From Anaerolineales bacterium (GTDB lineage: Bacteria; Chloroflexota; Anaerolineae; Anaerolineales; Villigracilaceae): a DNA stretch of 64,000 bases. The notes below the pieces were generated by a model. It did no database searches. It was not told the DNA's origin and saw only the letters and a list, made by a program, of their open reading frames with translations. Shown here in pieces: positions 18,120-26,521 of this stretch (position 1 is its first letter; the number at the start of each line of letters is the position of its first letter). Position numbers and translations under genes: made by a program. The stretch lies in contig CP129480.1 of NCBI GenBank assembly GCA_030583885.1, positions 2,418,714 through 2,482,713 of the forward strand. The letters are read 5' to 3'.

Positions 18120-19007
18120 TTAATCTTTCTTTATGCGCAGGAACACAACCCAGTAGATGGCAGCCACAAATACCACGCCGCCAATAATATTTCCAATGGT
18201 AACAGGAAACAGGTTGTTGATAAAGAATGCATTCCACGTAAGCGCATCGAGGTTTGGGATCTTGTCTCCAACCTTCGCCATATAGTCCGGGTCAAATCCT
18301 TTGACAATCAGGGCATATGGGATGAAATACATGTTGGCGATGCTGTGCTCGAACCCGGCCGCCACAAATGCGGTAATGGGAAAAACGATGGAGACGATCT
18401 TGTCTATCGTGGTGCGCGCACTGTACGTCAGCCAGACGGCAAGGCAGACCAGCGCATTGCACAGGATTCCCAGGGCAATTGCTTGGAAAAAACCAAGGTC
18501 ACATTTTGCGGCGGCAGTACGCAACGCCGCAATGCCAACCGAATCCGCGCCAAATGTGTACTGCCTGGTAAAAAACATTACAGCCGCAGTAGCAACAGAG
18601 CCAAAGAAATTGCCAACATAAACAATACCCCAATTCCGCAGGAGGGCGCGGCCGGTCACTTTGCCACTCGCCCAGGCCATGACAATCAGGTTATTGCCTG
18701 TGAACAATTCCGCGCCACCCACGACGACCAGGATGAGACCGAGACAAAATACCAGCCCGGTCAGCAGACGCGTGATGCCGTATGGCAGGCCGGTGGAGAA
18801 TGCCACCGTCCCATCTGCCCCAGTGATGGTCATTCCGCCTGCAGCAACCGTGGTGGCAAATATCGCACCAAGGGCAATAAATGCCCCCGCCAAAATGGAA
18901 AGCATCAACATGGTGAAGGCTGGCATTTCCGCCTTGCGAACGCCAAGATACTCGGCACGTGTCGCCATTTCGGCGGGCAACAATGAGTCAATTCTTACTT
19001 CAGTCAC
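18120..19007 (-). CDS. focA: Formate/nitrite transporter (FNT family)
   Basis: AGAFIALG, GGAELFTGN, ILCNALVCLAVW, FVAAGFEHSIANMY, VTIGNIIGG. Confidence 0.92.
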   Translation of the reverse strand: MTEVRIDSLLPAEMATRAEYLGVRKAEMPAFTMLMLSILAGAFIALGAIFATTVAAGGMTITGADGTVAFSTGLPYGITRLLTGLVFCLGLILVVVGGAELFTGNNLIVMAWASGKVTGRALLRNWGIVYVGNFFGSVATAAVMFFTRQYTFGADSVGIAALRTAAAKCDLGFFQAIALGILCNALVCLAVWLTYSARTTIDKIVSIVFPITAFVAAGFEHSIANMYFIPYALIVKGFDPDYMAKVGDKIPNLDALTWNAFFINNLFPVTIGNIIGGVVFVAAIYWVVFLRIKKD

Positions 19008-19027
19008 AGGCTGTTCCTTTCATTTGT

Positions 19028-19045
19028 TCGTGATATATTTCACAA
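19028..19045 (-). promoter_or_regulatory. Rex-like operator upstream of focA
   Basis: TCGTGAT-ATAT-TTCACAA versus the Rex consensus TTGTGAA-N4-TTCACAA (12 of 14 positions). Confidence 0.55.
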
Positions 19046-19106
19046 CTCGAGTATATCAGACGTGGAGAAAAGAGGCCAGTTAGTATGTAATGGAAAGCGA
19101 GTGATG

Positions 19107-20117
19107 TTAATCCATAGCTTTATCGGCTCTTTTTCTGCCAAGCAAAGAGCCGATTCCCGCCGCCAGCAATGCTGCAAGGACAATGACACCAACTGTCGTT
19201 CCTCCACTTCGCAGGGACGCAGGGGCAGCGGGGACCGGCGTCGATGTCGGCGTGATGGTTGGCCCGGCCGGTACTGTGTTGGTTGAGGTTGGGATGCCCA
19301 GCGTGGCTGTGCCCGCCGGAGACGCTGTTGGTATTGGGGTTTCCGTCGCTGCGCGCTGGACGAGAAGAGTCTGGCCCTCAAAGATCTGGTCGGCGACAAG
19401 CCCATTCAGACTTTTCAGCTCTTCAACAGAAAGCCCGTATGCAAGGGCGATGCTCCACAAGGCTTCATTTTTTTTTATGACGTGGAACACCTCTCCATTC
19501 GGAAGTGGTGTATTAACTATGACAATAACCGCCTCCGTACCTCGTGCGCCGGCCGTGGAGACAATAAATTGACCGGGCACGTCGGGCGTCGAAGTGGCAA
19601 GCGGGGTGCTGCTTTCCGCGCCTACATCCAAAACATAGTATGTTATTCCATCGGCAACGGACATCCCCGCGCCAGCATCCCTGAAGTCTGACGAGAGCAT
19701 GGCCTTTAATTGGTCCGGGTTTCCCCGCCAGAACGCAACCACATTGGCGGGCACAAGGGTTGAACCGGAATGAATAAGTTCGCCAAAAAGTCCGCCAAGT
19801 GACAGATCCCCTGCAACCGAATAGCCCGCATCCAATGCGCGTTGATACGGGCGCCTCCCCTCCGCACTAAATTGCGTCAGCACACCCGTGGCGGCGATGT
19901 AGTCTGCATGGGCCTGGGCGATCTGCATCAATTTGGGATTGGGCTGAAGCGGCTGCAAATCATTCGTAGCACGCAGGACGTTGACTTCAACGATTAAATC
20001 CTGGGCGGAGACGCTTCGCGAAAAATGCCCGGGCTGGGCAATCGCTTTTTCGGACGGAAACAGGTTCACGGTCAGGGTAAGAAGCGAGAGCAGTATCCAA
20101 ATGGATAATCTATTCAT
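19107..20117 (-). CDS. CAP (SCP) domain plus LysM domain membrane-anchored protein
   Basis: VNVLRATNDL...LMQIAQAHADY (CAP); HVIKKNEALWSIALAYGLSVEELKSLNGL (LysM); C-terminal TM. Confidence 0.85.
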   Translation of the reverse strand: MNRLSIWILLSLLTLTVNLFPSEKAIAQPGHFSRSVSAQDLIVEVNVLRATNDLQPLQPNPKLMQIAQAHADYIAATGVLTQFSAEGRRPYQRALDAGYSVAGDLSLGGLFGELIHSGSTLVPANVVAFWRGNPDQLKAMLSSDFRDAGAGMSVADGITYYVLDVGAESSTPLATSTPDVPGQFIVSTAGARGTEAVIVIVNTPLPNGEVFHVIKKNEALWSIALAYGLSVEELKSLNGLVADQIFEGQTLLVQRAATETPIPTASPAGTATLGIPTSTNTVPAGPTITPTSTPVPAAPASLRSGGTTVGVIVLAALLAAGIGSLLGRKRADKAMD

Positions 20118-20213
20118 CGTGCCGATTATACCCTTCGGGCGGTTTGTACCTTTCCAAAAATCCAGACTCTGGGTAAAATTATATATAATATATAATTTCC
20201 AGGAGCAAGTCCC

Positions 20214-21701
20214 ATGCCCGGTTTTACCCCAGGTCGCCGCTATCAGCCCCCCTTCATGCCGTTCAAGCGCCAGCCGTTCAAAAAGCGCGCGCTTGCAACG
20301 CTCGAACTGGCCGTCAAAGGTCCACTTTTCGGATGCCGAATGTGCGGTAACTGCCTCCTGCAGGAAACCGCCTTCATCTGCCCGATGGAATGCCCAAAGG
20401 GGCTGCGCAACGGACCATGTGGCGGATCGACTCCTGAAAAATGCTATGTCGATGAATCGCGCCCTTGCATTTGGTATAAGATTTACGAACGATCATTTAA
20501 ACTTGGACGGGAAGCCCTGCTGCTCGAAGTCCTTCCACCAATGGATTGGGAAAAAGCGGGGACGGATGCCTGGAGTGATGTATTTGAACAGGCGGGCAAA
20601 ATTGGATTGAAAACCATCGCCTCGAGCCTGACTTCGCGTGAGGCTGGCTCTGTTACCCGAACAATGGATGCCATCTTCAAGCCAGTTCGCCAGCCGGACT
20701 GGTGGCAGGGGGACGCGGAATACCATGCACCGCAATATGATGAACCCGCCTCTGAACTGGAACGCAGACTGAGGGCCGGCGAGTTCGTGGTCGCTGCAGA
20801 AGTCACCCCGCCCATCTCGATCAACACCGATAAACTCAAACAAAGCATTGAACTGCTCAAGCCATATGTGGCAGCGATCAATTTTACAGACAGCCCCTCT
20901 GCCATTCCACGCATGTCTTCATGGGCATGCAGTAAAGTGGCGCTGGAACTGGGCGTCGACCCCGTCATGCAGATCACCGGGCGTGACCATACGCGCGTTA
21001 GCCTGCAATCCAGCGCGATTGGGGCGTCGGCGCTGGGAGTGCGCAATATTCTGTGCCTGACGGGCGACAGCATGGTGCTTGGACCCGGCCCGCAGGGGCG
21101 CATGGACATCGTTGATCTGGACGGGATCCAAATGTTGTGGATCCTGCGCCGGATGCGGGATGAAGCGAAGTATCTGGATGGCCGCGAGATCAAAACGCCT
21201 CCGCAGTATTTCATCGGTGCGGCGGCCTCGCCATTTGCGTCCAACATGAAATTCCAGGCACTGCGCGAACAGAAGAAGGTCAACGCCGGGGCGCAGTTCT
21301 TCCAGACCAATGTCGTCTTTGACGCGGATGCATTGGACGAATGGCTGAACGAAATTGCCAAACGGGATATTCTGGATAAAGTCCATATCATGATCGGAAT
21401 CACACCACTGAAAAGTTACAAGACGGCTGTGTATATGAACAAAAGAATCCCCGGCGTGTTCATACCTGAAAAAATCCTAAAACGGATGGAAGCCGCCAGG
21501 GAAAAAGGCAACGAGCAGGAGGAGGGTGTACAGATTGCGCTGGAGTTGATCGATAAGGTCAAAACCAAGCAGGGCGTGAGCGGAATTCACCTGATGGCGG
21601 TCGGATGGGAGGAAATCGTGCCGCGCATTGTCATGGATGCGCTTGGCAAGCCGGCAGAACACATGCTGGAAACGGACTCGAACGTCCCTGCAACTGCGTA
21701 A
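20214..21701 (+). CDS. metF: Methylenetetrahydrofolate reductase with N-terminal MetV-like Cys-rich domain (MetV-MetF fusion)
   Basis: GCRMCGNCLL...CPMECPKGLRNGPCGG...CYVDESRPCIW, followed by EVTPP, NFTDSP, QITGRD, LCLTGD, AQFFQTN. Confidence 0.88.
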   Translation: MPGFTPGRRYQPPFMPFKRQPFKKRALATLELAVKGPLFGCRMCGNCLLQETAFICPMECPKGLRNGPCGGSTPEKCYVDESRPCIWYKIYERSFKLGREALLLEVLPPMDWEKAGTDAWSDVFEQAGKIGLKTIASSLTSREAGSVTRTMDAIFKPVRQPDWWQGDAEYHAPQYDEPASELERRLRAGEFVVAAEVTPPISINTDKLKQSIELLKPYVAAINFTDSPSAIPRMSSWACSKVALELGVDPVMQITGRDHTRVSLQSSAIGASALGVRNILCLTGDSMVLGPGPQGRMDIVDLDGIQMLWILRRMRDEAKYLDGREIKTPPQYFIGAAASPFASNMKFQALREQKKVNAGAQFFQTNVVFDADALDEWLNEIAKRDILDKVHIMIGITPLKSYKTAVYMNKRIPGVFIPEKILKRMEAAREKGNEQEEGVQIALELIDKVKTKQGVSGIHLMAVGWEEIVPRIVMDALGKPAEHMLETDSNVPATA

Positions 21702-21818
21702 AGATGCTTCCCATCAGGTTTCCTGCACATAAAGGGAAAGCCTGATATATGTTTAACGGCGGGATTGGTATATACTTAACATATTCAGACACAAAAAATA
21801 AATGCAGGAGTTTTTCTT

Positions 21819-22493
21819 ATGCTTAAACGCATCATGGAATCTTCACGACTGGAAATTTTTATCGCAGTGACGATTGCGCTTGCATCCGCTACAACCGCCC
21901 TTGTCACCTGGCGCGCCAGCATGGCAAATTCCGCAGCAGGTGATGCCATCCGCCAAGGGTTGATTGACGCAGTGAAGAAGCAGGCCTCGTCCAACGAAAA
22001 CTGGCGGCAGACGTATGAAGAGGCAGGATATACCCAGGTATACGCGGCCACACTGGCGCAGGTGGAAGCCTACGAGGCAAGCCGGGACGCCATAGGGGAA
22101 GCGCAGGCAAAAAACCTGCGGCAATATCTCCTGCCCAATTTACAATTACTTTCCCAACCGCTCGGTACCGACGCAAAATACCTCATGAGCGACGGGAGGT
22201 ACGATCTTGATTTGCGTTTTGCCGATCTGCAAACCCAGGCAGCAGACATATCCACGCTCGATCCCGAGGCGTCCTTCAAACTGTCCGATGGCTATGCGGC
22301 TGAACAGCGCTGGTTGACAGTCGATATCATCCTGCTGGCGATCACACTATTCTGGCTGGCACTTGCGGAATTGAATACGGGGCGTTCGCGGCTCATTATG
22401 CTAGGCATCGGGTTGGGACTGTACCTCGTTAGCATCGCATGGTTCGGCGCGGTAGAGATCGTCTTTCTCATCACACGCGGAGGTGCACTATGA
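21819..22493 (+). CDS. Hypothetical membrane protein (N-terminal TM, soluble region, two C-terminal TMs)
   Basis: ORF with hydrophobic segments; similar layout to the downstream gene. Confidence 0.7.
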   Translation: MLKRIMESSRLEIFIAVTIALASATTALVTWRASMANSAAGDAIRQGLIDAVKKQASSNENWRQTYEEAGYTQVYAATLAQVEAYEASRDAIGEAQAKNLRQYLLPNLQLLSQPLGTDAKYLMSDGRYDLDLRFADLQTQAADISTLDPEASFKLSDGYAAEQRWLTVDIILLAITLFWLALAELNTGRSRLIMLGIGLGLYLVSIAWFGAVEIVFLITRGGAL

Positions 22494-23221
22494 CCGAAAA
22501 TGCGCTTCAAATTCCGCCTGAACCTGCAGCGCCACCAAACGGGCAGAGCGCGCGTCATGAGCAAACTGACCGCTACAAAACAATGATCATCGTGTTAACG
22601 TTGATCACAACCATCGTCACCGCCATCGTGGCAAGCCTGCAGGCGGATGCCAACATCCGCGCGAACACCGCCAACCGCAATTCACAGTACTACGCCCTGC
22701 TGGTCTCCGGCGAGATACACCGCCAGGGACTGCAAAACAGCTACGATTTTGACATTTTGACCGAGCATACGCGGCTTACCCAGGAGGCCTTGGTTTTGCA
22801 GATCACCGCCCTTGAGCTGGAGGGGAAAAACGACAGGACCGGAGCATCCGCAAGCAGTTTGAGCGCACTTGGAGCGCAGGCGCGCGCAGACAAGATCAAG
22901 TCTTTCTCCATCTTTTATACAGATCCGCGCTACGCGCCAATAACCGCGGATGGAACCCCGAATTTTGACGCCTACCTTGCGAATGTCAGCGCACAAGCAA
23001 ATGAACTGACCGGGAAACAAAACTCTGCAGCAGATGAATACCACCGATGGAACGGAAAGGCCGATTCCTACGTCAGCGTGTTGACTGTGCTGGCAGTCGC
23101 GTTCTTTCTCCTCGGTCTCGCGCAGGCACTCAAAAGTCGCATGAGGCTGACTTTCGCGATCTTCGGCGGCATCGCCCTGGGCGGGGCAGGCGCATGGGCC
23201 GTATTGATTTTAATACTATAA
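22490..23221 (+). CDS. Hypothetical membrane protein, probable paralogue of the upstream gene
   Basis: ATGA overlap with the upstream stop; GGAGG RBS; same TM layout. Confidence 0.7.
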   Translation: MTENALQIPPEPAAPPNGQSARHEQTDRYKTMIIVLTLITTIVTAIVASLQADANIRANTANRNSQYYALLVSGEIHRQGLQNSYDFDILTEHTRLTQEALVLQITALELEGKNDRTGASASSLSALGAQARADKIKSFSIFYTDPRYAPITADGTPNFDAYLANVSAQANELTGKQNSAADEYHRWNGKADSYVSVLTVLAVAFFLLGLAQALKSRMRLTFAIFGGIALGGAGAWAVLILIL

Positions 23222-23225
23222 GACA

Positions 23226-23894
23226 ATGGATGATGCCTGCGGCAGACCGCATACTGACGGCATGAACACAAAACAAGGCTACCTGCTCGTTGTGGAGGAT
23301 ATTCCAGACATTCTCCACTTGTTGAATACAACCCTGACGTTCAAAGGATATCGCGTGGAAACGGCGTGCGACGGGCAGGAGGCACTGGAACTGATCAAAA
23401 GGGAACCTGCAGACCTCATCGTTACCGATATCCTGATGCCCAGGATGGATGGCTTTATACTTGTTCACAGCCTGCGGACACACCCAGAGACCCGTGACAT
23501 TCCCGTGATCTTTCTTTCAGCCACCTATATTGACCCCGAAGATAAAGCCTTTGCGCTTACCATTGGCGTAACCCACTTTATCGAAAAGCCTGTTAATTTT
23601 GACGAATTCCTGCCAACCATTGCAGAACTCCTTAAGAGGGGCAAAACCGCCCCAAGCGGGAATATCAATGAAATAGAATTCTATCAAGGGTACTTAAAAC
23701 GGTTAAAAATAAAGCTGGATCACAAAACCAAACAAATAGCGCGCGACCAAAGATTGATGGAGACTCCAACCGCGGGCGACAAATTGCATCTGGAAGCGTC
23801 CTTACAGACGGCAATCCGTGAGCGGCAGGAAATCCAGCATCTGCTTGAAGAGACCCGTGAAAAACTCATCACATTCACAATATCGGAAGAATGA
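23226..23894 (+). CDS. Response regulator (receiver domain plus C-terminal helical/coiled region); start may be 23262
   Basis: LLVVEDIP, LIVTDILMPRMDG, IPVIFLSA, FIEKP. Confidence 0.88.
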   Translation: MDDACGRPHTDGMNTKQGYLLVVEDIPDILHLLNTTLTFKGYRVETACDGQEALELIKREPADLIVTDILMPRMDGFILVHSLRTHPETRDIPVIFLSATYIDPEDKAFALTIGVTHFIEKPVNFDEFLPTIAELLKRGKTAPSGNINEIEFYQGYLKRLKIKLDHKTKQIARDQRLMETPTAGDKLHLEASLQTAIRERQEIQHLLEETREKLITFTISEE

Positions 23895-23906
23895 AGATAA
23901 GCCCGT

Positions 23907-24557
23907 TTGGCTGCACAACCAATGCATCCCGAATCATTTGAGATCCGTGTCTGTTTATCCTGCGGCTTGCGTTACCCACGCACCGAGGGCAGCACGTTCG
24001 GCTTTCGCTGTCCGCACTGCCTGGGAGAGACACGAGCGGTCTCAAGGCAGGTTCTGGGCGGCGAAAGAATCTCACAAAAAAAAGAAATCGAAGCGAAAGA
24101 GACGCCCATCCTTGCGGTGCTGGCGGACAACCTCCGTTCGGCATGGAACGTCGGCTCAATCTTGCGAAGCGCAGATGGATTTGGGTTCGCCCATGCCTAT
24201 TTATGCGGGATCACACCAACCCCGGAGAAGGAGGCGGTGGCAAAAACATCACTCGGCGCGGAGGATTTTGTCAGCTGGTCACATCACAAAGACGCGCTTA
24301 TGTTGGTTAATGGATTAAAGAAGGCGGGGTGGAAAGTTCTGGCGCTGGAGGAAGACAAGCGTGCGGTAAAAGCAGGTGATATTAAAAAGCCCGACCGGAA
24401 TACGGTTTTGATCGTTGGCAATGAAGTAACCGGTATAGACCCCGGGCTGCTTGATCTCGCGGATGAGATCATTCATATTCCCATGCGCGGGGGGAAGCGC
24501 TCCTTAAACGTTGCAATTGCCTTCAGTGTCACTGCATTCACGTTGACGGATCATTAA
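23907..24557 (+). CDS. TrmH/SpoU family RNA methyltransferase with N-terminal Zn-ribbon
   Basis: CLSC...CPHC; DNLRSAWNVGSILRSA, GNEVTGID, IPMRGGKRSLNVA. Confidence 0.88.
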   Translation: MAAQPMHPESFEIRVCLSCGLRYPRTEGSTFGFRCPHCLGETRAVSRQVLGGERISQKKEIEAKETPILAVLADNLRSAWNVGSILRSADGFGFAHAYLCGITPTPEKEAVAKTSLGAEDFVSWSHHKDALMLVNGLKKAGWKVLALEEDKRAVKAGDIKKPDRNTVLIVGNEVTGIDPGLLDLADEIIHIPMRGGKRSLNVAIAFSVTAFTLTDH

Positions 24558-24571
24558 GCTTCCACCTACAC

Positions 24572-25144
24572 CTACAGACCAGCCTGCCATTTTATTAAAT
24601 ATGGTGCCGCATTCTCAGGGACATGTTGATAGGCATCCTCCAGCGGGATTTGATTTGCCAGGCAAATAACAGAAGCCAGGGTTAGTCCATGCGAGACGAT
24701 CACCACCGGACCGTGCGGTTGATGCCGTGAAATATCCATTAACGCCGCCCGGGCACGTTCCGCCACCTCTGCGAGGGACTCCCCCTGCGGAGGGCGCGCA
24801 TGAAGCGGATTCTCCTCCCTCTGTTTAAGCTCATTTGAATAGCCGGAAATGACATCCTCCGAGAGCAGCCCCTCCCACTCGCCAAGATTCACTTCACGCA
24901 AACGCGCATCCAGAAGAACCGGCAGACCATGTTGTTTCGCCACCGTCTCCGCAGTCTGCCGAGCACGCAACAGGTCGCTTGAATAAACCGCGGCAAAATG
25001 AATATGGGAAAGTTCGGTTGCAAGCGCACGCGCCTGGGCAAACCCCGTTTCATTCAAGCCCGGTGCAAAGGAGGCCTGTCCCTGCCACCTGCCATGTAAA
25101 TTCCAATCCGTCTGTCCGTGGCGGATGAGCCAAAATTCCGTCAT
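24572..25144 (-). CDS. Histidine phosphatase (PGM superfamily)
   Basis: LIRHGQTDWN, YSSDLLRARQTA, LREVNLGEWEG, VIVSHG; ATGA overlap with the GT4 stop. Confidence 0.9.
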   Translation of the reverse strand: MTEFWLIRHGQTDWNLHGRWQGQASFAPGLNETGFAQARALATELSHIHFAAVYSSDLLRARQTAETVAKQHGLPVLLDARLREVNLGEWEGLLSEDVISGYSNELKQREENPLHARPPQGESLAEVAERARAALMDISRHQPHGPVVIVSHGLTLASVICLANQIPLEDAYQHVPENAAPYLIKWQAGL

Positions 25145-26479
25145 ACCTGCTGGCCAAAACAATCCGCGAGGATGGATTGCAAACGCCTTTCTAATACAGA
25201 AAAGGAGAAATGCTGTCTGGCAAGCTCGTAATTCATATCCGCCCACTCACGGGCTTCGTCGGGGAATTGTAAAATATGACAGGTCTCTTTAATCGTAGCC
25301 GAGCTGATATACCCATCGAACCAGACCACACGGAAACCTTTGGGCTTGATATCCACTTCGTAAATGGAGTAGTTATTAACCAGGATCGGGCGGTGGAAAT
25401 AAACCGCCTCCAGGAACGCATTGCCAAACCCTTCAATTGCAGAGGGATAAGTCACCAGATCTGCGTATGGATACACGTCACCCAATGTGTACACCTTTCG
25501 GCCGTCCCTTGTGACGCCGCGCTGCTCATTGACCTGTTCGTCTTCAAAACGAACGGTCACATTCAGCAAATCAGCATATTCATGCACGCGCTGCTCATAG
25601 TCCGTGCCTTCATCACCAGCCGCATGGGAAATGACCAGTTTGGCGGGTAATCCCAACCTGCGGACAAGTTCCACTGCGTGTTCGATACCCTTGCGCTGAA
25701 TCACGCGCGTTGGCTGCAGAAAAAAGTACTCGCCTTCTTCGATGCCAAGATCGACGCGGACCGATTGAGTGTAGTCATCGGGAGGAGACGGCGGGGAGTC
25801 GAAGTCCATCACATTGGGGATCACGCGCGCAGTCACACCGCAGCGCAATGCGATCTGCTGTGCCTGTATCGAGTTAATGACCACATGGCGGATGGAAGGC
25901 AAATTGGGAGGAAATGCGGCGGCAAGATAATCCCCCACGCAATTGACCTGGAAGCGCTGGCGCTCCCAGTGAAAGTCGTGATGATGCGCGATGGTGGGAA
26001 AGCCTGTCTCCGCAACAAATTCTGTGAGCGCAAGCCCCAGCGGAAGGTTGAGTGGAATTGTGAGAGCATTTTCGATGATGAGCAACTCCAAATTGAAGCG
26101 ATGTGCAAATTTATATAACTCCCCCTTGAGATATTCCTTCAATTCGTTCACATCGTTGAGTCATCTGCGGCGGGCGGATGTAAATTGAAAAGAAGGGCTT
26201 CTGCAGTGCGCCAATTTCGGGGTGGGCAGCACGCGCCTCCTCGGTGACCGTCCAACTGCCTGAATATGCCTGCTGGTTTATCTTGGCAATTTCAGGGTGA
26301 CGATAGAACACTTCAGGCACAACATAACTGACATCCTCCGGACGGTCGCTTTCACCAGCGAAGTAAAAGCACTTGTGCCCCATGCGCTCAAGGACAGTTG
26401 CCCACTTGGTCACTTCCAGCGAGACGCCGTCCGTGCCGGCAAAGCGGGTGGAGATAAAACCGATGTTTCGAGGTGTCAT
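25141..26479 (-). pseudogene. GT4 glycosyltransferase (mannosylglucosylglycerate-synthase-like) split by a frameshift near 26152
   Basis: N-part TRFAGTDGVSLE (26111-26479) and C-part ENALTIPLN...PTRVIQRKGIE...YPSAIEGFGNAFLE (25141-26151) lie in different frames. Confidence 0.8.
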
Positions 26480-26521
26480 AATCTATTCCAATTCTTTAGA
26501 ACCTAAAAGTTTTGAAAACCC

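Noticed and set aside
20118-20213. SAM riboswitch upstream of metF
   Set aside because: No SAM-I/II core is visible; only an AT-rich palindrome (20176-20198) in a divergent promoter region, which cannot be assigned.
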